Positions 59,201 through 64,000 of a DNA stretch of 64,000 nt are shown here, one piece after another. Within the stretch, counting starts at the first letter, position 1, and the number at the start of each line of letters is the position of its first letter. Source of the stretch: Heteronotia binoei. Lineage: Eukaryota. A model generated the notes under the pieces. That model ran no database searches and was not told the DNA's origin. It saw nothing but the letters and a program-made list of their open reading frames with translations. Made by a program: the position numbers and the translations under genes. The stretch lies in contig NC_083233.1 in assembly GCF_032191835.1 (NCBI RefSeq), forward strand, positions 61,628,001 through 61,692,000, written 5' to 3'.

Positions 59201-61575
59201 GAGGAAAGGAAGGGAAAGGAGATTATAAACCTGAGACTCCGAGTGAAGGGCATGGTATAAATCCAATCTCCTCCTCTTCTGCTGAACCTTGTGCTCACAT
59301 GCAGTTTGAACTTCTCAGTGTCTGACTACCCACTGAGCATTTTTTATGAAGCTCCCCCAGTCAGACATCTTCTAACACAAATGTTTCTGTGTTCATCATT
59401 CCAGTAAAAATCCACATTCTGTAAATGTAATCTATTAAATGTGTATAAGCAATAATATTAAAAACACATGGAATTCACTGCCACAGGAGGTAGTGGCAGC
59501 TACAAGCATAAACAGGTTCAAGAGGGGACTGGATAAATATATGGAGCAGAGGTCCATCAGTGGCTATTAGTCACAGCGTATTGTTGGAACTCTGTCTGGT
59601 GCAAATGATGCTCTGTATTCTTGGTGCTTGAGAGGAGCAACAGTGTGAGGGCTTCTAGTGTCCTGGCCCCACTGATGGCATTTGGGCTTTTTTGGCCACT
59701 GTGTGACACAATGTGTTGGACTGGATGGGCCATTGGCCTGATCCAACATGGCTTCTCTTATGTTCGATAATTGGTGCTGCACTTTAGATTTTATTCATTT
59801 TAATTTATTTTATCATATTTCTATCCCACCCTTCCCCACAAACGGGCTCAGAGCTGATAACAACGGATTGTTCAAAATACTTCCGACACATTGTCTTTAT
59901 CTGTTAATACCATGCCCCCGTCTTCCACTATGGAATTCAGGGCAGTATATACAGGGTTCCCATGAGACCTCTCATGTCACTCAGGCTTATTTATCTTCAG
60001 CAAAGCTGCTATGTCATATGCGCTCTATTCCAGCCATACTTACAAACTTGCAAGACTTACAAACAATGCTAGAAGACAAATCAACATTTTGTCTAGCATA
60101 TATCTGTGTATATGTAATGCTATAAACTCCTCTTAGCAGAGACTTTGTACTCTGTGCAGCACTGTGCATGTTGACAGTCCCATATAAAAATTATTAGAAA
60201 GCATGAGGCTGAGATTTAGTTCACTTGAGGCACCTTAGAGACCTCAGGGCAAAAGGACTTCCTGATTTATAGACATTGTCTGAAAACATAACATGCAGTC
60301 ACCATGCTGAAGTCACTATGCTTTCTTATCACAGCACAAAGGCTGTAAGTGTGCCAAAAATTAAAACAATGCAGCTGAATTCTACACACACTCTTTAACA
60401 AGCCAAAGCAACAGCTCAGACTTCTGAACACCTTTAAGAAATGAAACAAGCATACTATGGACCAAACTTTTCAACAGCTAGAGTTCCCATTACCAAATGA
60501 AGCAAGTATTATTACATGCAGCATCTCTGAACATGTAAGTACATATGTATACACATGCATGTTTGTATCTGCCGTTTATTTGAGAAAGTAAGCTCTAGCT
60601 CACACACGCACACAAAGTGGGCTCTTCAATGTGCCAAATGTGCAGCACCATGGTTACAGTGCTAGACAAGGATCTGGGAGATTTAGGTTCAAATTCTTAC
60701 CCAGCATTGATGTTCACTGGGTAACTGCAGGCCTTCTTAGAAGAAAGACATGATAAAAATACAACAATCAATAACAGTTGCCCAACAGTGAAATTAATAC
60801 GGATCAAGTCCCATGGAATTCATCAAGATTTAAGTTTCACTAAACCCCTAGAGGATGTCGATGTCACAGCCCAACCCTGAGAGGGCTTACTTAAAATCAC
60901 GCCTTTAAAACCAAAAAAGTTTGACTCAAGGTATGAGCTTTCACATAAGCACACACTTTTCAGATATAATGAAATGGAAGTGACCAATCAATACTGACTT
61001 TGATGGACTGAGGGTCTGATTCAGTATAAGGCAGCTTCATATGGGTAGAAGGTGAGCAGTAAACTACCATGCAGCATACTGAAGATGTTTCACAGATTCA
61101 GAAATAAGCTCAGCTAACTTCCTCACCATTTGTTTGGGTTCAATTCCAGGGGGGAAACACAAAGGAAATAAATATATGTCTAAATTGGAGACTGCTGTAC
61201 CTTTAATTGCGAAATGCGACTGGTAATTTCTCATGTCATTGTACTTGTGCACCCCACAAAACCTTGAATAAAACTTCGTTGGTCTTAAAGGTGCCGCTAC
61301 ACTCAAACTTTGTTTTGCTGCTTCAGACCAACACAGCTGCCCCACCTGAACTTCGAATTGGCACTTGCTCCCGGGCTACCCTCTCCCCGACTCCAGCATC
61401 CCTCCAACCCCTCACTCACCTGGATGTAGCTGTCTTCATCCAGGACCCTCTTGCGTCGTTGCAGGGGCCCCTGCTCAGCCTCTCTCGCCAAGACCACCGC
61501 GCCCGCTTCGGGCTGGACAGGAACCAGCGCCTTGGCCGAGGCTGCGGAGCCCCCTGCGGGGCCCGGCTCCTCCAT
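43984..61575 (-). CDS. ESS2: Splicing factor ESS-2 homolog (DGCR14), whole gene span; 10 coding exons, 1464 nt, 487 aa
   Basis: Exons join(61575-61420, 57702-57534, 56655-56560, 54004-53835, 52331-52211, 51450-51317, 50311-50209, 49802-49693, 45403-45288, 44272-43984). All introns are GT-AG and the frame is continuous. Recognisable ESS2 motifs include KRVLDEDSYI, IIQRDFFPDVEKL, VTPATFETP, TSEDNASF, KNSLMYYP, SPLMTWGE and QDPASITDNLLQLPKRRKASDFF. Confidence 0.97.
45288..45403 (-). CDS. ESS2: ESS2 exon 9 (ILEPGRRERLGLKMANEAAAKNRAKKQEALRKVTENLA, 116 nt; absent from the ORF track)
   Basis: Manual minus-strand translation; acceptor TCTCTTCAG|ATC; donor CAG|GTGAGA. Confidence 0.96.
45865..46161 (+). 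mobile_element. Penelope-like relic with minimal hammerhead core and inverted terminal segment
   Basis: CAATGTAT-CTGAGGA-A-GCGTGCATGCACAT-GAAA-GC-TC-ATACCTTG at 45932-45977. 45866-45902 is the reverse complement of 45993-46029 (5 mismatches in 37). Related copies lie at about 34690-34825 (+), 60895-60990 (-), 61262-61361 (+, no core) and 62545-62680 (+). Confidence 0.65.
46620..49574 (+). mobile_element. 5'-truncated, frameshifted L2-clade LINE (APE endonuclease + reverse transcriptase + 3' tail), antisense within ESS2 intron 8
   Basis: Endonuclease motifs YRPP, LGDFN and GLSQYVTTPTHQAGHILDL. RT motifs SNLPFL, GHGTETVL, LLDLSAVFDTVD, QGAVLSPMLFNIYM and MDDTQLY. The C-terminus VTSRLDYCN...LQLVQNAAARLL...LHWL is typical of L2. 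The tail is GAGCCGCCCTGAG...GGGCGGGATATAAAT followed by an A-rich end. Several frameshifts are present. Confidence 0.92.
49693..49802 (-). CDS. ESS2: ESS2 exon 8 (GANESPLMTWGEIEST...GPAFK, 110 nt)
   Basis: Acceptor CTTCTTAG|GT; donor AAG|GTATTT. Confidence 0.96.
50209..50311 (-). CDS. ESS2: ESS2 exon 7 (YKQGKVGPDGKELIPQESPKVNGYGFVATPSPAP, 103 nt; absent from the ORF track)
   Basis: Manual minus-strand translation; acceptor AATTCAG|TAC; donor CTG|GTAAGA. Confidence 0.96.
51317..51450 (-). CDS. ESS2: ESS2 exon 6 (GVPDEEEVFKKPRE...AAALNAQ, 134 nt)
   Basis: Acceptor TTTTGTAG|GT; donor CAG|GTTGGT. Confidence 0.95.
52211..52331 (-). CDS. ESS2: ESS2 exon 5 (RHQEQLALPS...KNSLMYYPP, 121 nt)
   Basis: Acceptor GTCTTTCAG|CGT; donor CAG|GTAAAG. 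Confidence 0.96.
53373..53607. mobile_element. Charlie-like hAT MITE in ESS2 intron 4, perfect TSD GCTTAGAG
   Basis: CAGGAGTGGCCAAACT ... AGTTTGGCCACCCCTG; TSD at 53365-53372 and 53608-53615. Confidence 0.85.
53835..54004 (-). CDS. ESS2: ESS2 exon 4 (EETEDKESKDALPSLDSFL...EEEFAQ, 170 nt)
   Basis: Acceptor TTTTCTCCGCAG|AA; donor CAG|GTAAGG. Confidence 0.96.
56560..56655 (-). CDS. ESS2: ESS2 exon 3 (YVTPATFETPEVHPG...APDE, 96 nt; absent from the ORF track)
   Basis: Manual minus-strand translation; acceptor TTTGAGCAG|AT; donor AAG|GTATTG. Confidence 0.95.
57534..57702 (-). CDS. ESS2: ESS2 exon 2 (SLEKIIQRDFFPDVEKL...RDTPAP, 169 nt)
   Basis: Acceptor GGACAG|AGC; donor CAT|GTAAGG. Confidence 0.96.
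58584..58719. mobile_element. Palindromic Charlie-like hAT MITE in ESS2 intron 1, TSD GTGTACAG/GTGTATAG
   Basis: ~60-bp self-complementary arms; 7/8 TSD match. Confidence 0.85.
61420..61575 (-). CDS. ESS2: ESS2 coding exon 1 (MEEPGPAGG...KRVLDEDSYIQ, 156 nt)
   Basis: ATG at 61575; donor CAG|GTGAGT; lies in a CpG-rich island. Confidence 0.92.
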
Positions 61576-61805
61576 CACAGCTGCGCCCCAGCCCCCCGTC
61601 GCCCTTAACAACGGGCCAAAAAAGCCTATGCTGGACGTCCTCCCAGCGCTTCCGGAGATTATGGAAACCGGAAGTAGATCGCTGTCTTTCCCAGGGTATC
61701 ACGCGGGGGGAGGTAGTATTGATCTCACAGAGCCTTGTGGGATATGTAGTCTTCTGGGTGTGGAAAGCGGCTAAGGGTTCATCGTTTCCGGAAGTACGTC
61801 ATGGA
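61440..61805 (-). promoter_or_regulatory. ESS2 CpG-island promoter with ETS/GABP (CCGGAAGT), ZNF143/THAP11-type and CRE half-site motifs
   Basis: CpG-dense segment. ACCGGAAGT at 61667-61675; TTCCGGAAGT at 61786-61795; TACGTCA at 61795-61801. The minus strand of 61733-61750 reads ACTACATATCCCACAAGG, matching ACTAYRnnnCCCR. Confidence 0.7.
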
Positions 61806-62020
61806 ACAGCGCCATAGAGACAGGGAAAATCTAGAGTCCTGCAAGAGGCGTGTCCCCCGCCAATTTCAAGCAAGAGGTAGGGTGTTTAGACAAGTGGCAA
61901 TCGTGTTATAGGGCTCAGGTGAAGGTAGAGGGATGGATTGAAAGCATGCTTATATTGGGTTTATGTAAATTGCATGCTGGGATATTGTATCATGAAAAGT
62001 GGACTGGTTGCAGGAATGTT

Positions 62021-62227
62021 GAACATAGGAAGCTGCCTTATACTGAATCAGACCCTTGGTCCATCGAAGTCAGTATTGTCTACTCAGGCTGGCAGCGGCT
62101 CGCCAGGGTCTCAAGCTCTGGTTTTTCACACCTACTTGCCTGGACCCTTTTTAGTTGGAGATGCCGGAGATTGAACCTGGGATCTTCTGCTTACCAAGCA
62201 GATGATCTACCACTGAGCCACCGTCCC
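62021..62227 (-). mobile_element. Second tRNA-derived SINE family (copies also at about 8815-8995, 54864-55140 and partial elsewhere)
   Basis: Minus strand GGCTCAGTGGTAGA...CCAGGTTCAATC...GACCAAGGGTCTGATTCAGTATAAGGCAGCTTCCTATGTTC, recurring in several places. Confidence 0.75.
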
Positions 62228-64000
62228 TCCCCAGATGTTGTAAACTGGTCTGAATCCCGCTCTGTCTTGTTCTTTGGGAATGTTCGTTGCCAGAAATCTC
62301 TTTGTCTCGACCCTAGACCCACTCATTTATATAGGGATAAAAATGCCCAGCCACTTCCACATTCATGCTCACAGGAGTCGTTTTATAGAAAAATAAGTGG
62401 TGGAGCTCATCCAGGGATTGTTATGCAGCTGCACCTAGTATTCAGTGGACAAAGTGAGGAGGAGGAGGTGGGATTTTCAGAAAGGTTCAGGAGCTGCGCT
62501 CCTGTGAGCGCCCATTGAATCCGAGGCCTGCATGGTCACATCTTTTTATAGAACAAAGTATGCATGCACACGAAAGCTCACACTTTGAATAAAAGTGTGT
62601 TGGTCTTCAACTTGCCACTAGATGCCCACTTTGTTCTTTTGCTTCAGACCAACATGGCTGCCCACCTGGATCTATCTTCACGGAACGTATCTTTTAATGT
62701 AATAAATCCTGTACTAATGTAATAACTCCAGGGTCAGATGTTCCTACCACTCGTTGCAGAAAGAGATGGGCAAGACAGTCCTGGCTTTCTTGCATTGCAT
62801 CCAAATGGTCTGGGCTACTTTTAAAATAATTTCTGAAGCCATAGTTTAGATAGTGATTTCATGTCAATACTTTCTTATGTATGTGAAGATATGCTTAGTA
62901 ACTGGGGGTCATTTTTTGAATTCATTGTGCCGGAGATTATTTTTTTCCAAAAAAACCCCAAATAAACCATTTCTGTTACCAGAAGCATTGATAGACGGCA
63001 TAATCTTGCTCATAGGAGGAGCATTGGCCACAATGGATAAAGGGAATCCCTTGGAAGCAGTTTGAGAGCATTGTGGGAGGAAACTCTTGACTTCCAGTCC
63101 CTGCTTGTGGACTTTCTGGGTGCATCTGATTGGCTACTGTACAGAGCAGGATGCTGCAGCATGTAGACCCATGATCTAATCCAGCATGTTCTTAGAGTAA
63201 CTGTACAGGAGTTAAGTAATATGCAACTCCCACCCCATCTCCTTACCAAAGAGCAGAGAAGCTACCCAGCAATCCTCATTCAAATGCTGCTGAACGTGTA
63301 AGTTTTTATTGACCTCCTGAAAGCTAAAAGACAAAGAGCCAACCGTGCTTAATTTGGAAGATGCAGGCATTACGCAGTCATCCTCCAAAAGGCTTTGCTG
63401 TGTTTTGCCGGAAGCCAAGCTTCTGCCTATAGAAAAAAATGCAGCAGAGGATTAGCAGATTGCTTATTGGATGGATGCTATGGATGTTGTTGTTTTCCAA
63501 TTGCATGGCAGTTGATAGACTGTTCTTGCTTTTCTTATTACCTTGTTTTCATCTGTTTCTCCCAATGGCTTGGCCACTGGATGTTGAATTTTATTTAGAA
63601 GTAGGTCTGTTTGGTTTCAGCGGGACTCATTGCCAAGGACACATGTACAGCACTGCAACTGTGTGGTCATCTGTGCACAAAAAAGAGAAATCTCACTAAC
63701 AACTATGCCTAGGGTTGCACCCACACTTCATTCTAAACTGTGCACATGAGCAGAGTCCCATTAACTCAGGAAGCCCCGCTCAGCAGCAATCTGGAGCCAC
63801 TCAGGTCTTGCACTGCCTGTTGTCCATTTTAAGATTACAGTGGTTATATTCTGCTCAGAATGTGAACTGCTCTGCTCAGGTGTAGGGGAATTAGAGGGAA
63901 GGTTGGTTGCACCCTTTCTAAAAGAAAGTTGTTTATGAACTGAACTCACTGCTACACAAACAGGAACATCAGACATGTAAAAACAATACAAAAATAGGTT

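Noticed and set aside
61850-62518. 222-aa ORF divergent from ESS2
   Set aside because: Non-ATG start, built largely from an antisense SINE (62021-62227) and another repeat; no protein motifs.
1-64000. CRISPR arrays, operons or other prokaryotic systems
   Set aside because: Eukaryotic spliced-gene context; the repeats are dispersed transposon copies, not repeat-spacer arrays.

Overview
Vertebrate genomic DNA, very probably a squamate reptile and plausibly a gecko. This is inferred from Sauria-type SINEs with an RTE/BovB tail, squamate-style CR1 and L2 3' ends, and abundant hAT MITEs. Four protein-coding genes are supported. Three are intronless, same-strand testis-specific serine/threonine kinase genes of the TSSK1/TSSK2 family (19269-20114, 28435-29442, 36880-37926; ATGs about 8.4-9.2 kb apart). 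The fourth is the convergent 10-exon spliceosomal gene ESS2/DGCR14 (minus strand, 61575-43984; 1464-nt spliced CDS, 487 aa, all introns GT-AG, frame checked by hand). This matches the mammalian 22q11 TSSK1-TSSK2-ESS2 arrangement, but with three old paralogues instead of two (about 75-80% kinase-domain identity by manual count). The three share a positionally conserved CRE-like TGACATCA element and an upstream ATG about 80-87 nt before the start codon. The first copy has an altered glycine-rich loop and has lost its C-terminal tail. The rest of the window is dense transposon debris: a decayed ~3-kb L2 LINE in ESS2 intron 8, CR1/L2/RTE fragments, three SINE types (tRNA-derived and 5S-derived), many hAT-type MITEs with 8-bp TSDs, a solo LTR upstream of the first kinase, and Penelope-like relics carrying minimal hammerhead-ribozyme cores and long inverted repeats. 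A 197-nt N gap lies between kinase copies 2 and 3. Repeat family names are recognised by eye, not by database search.
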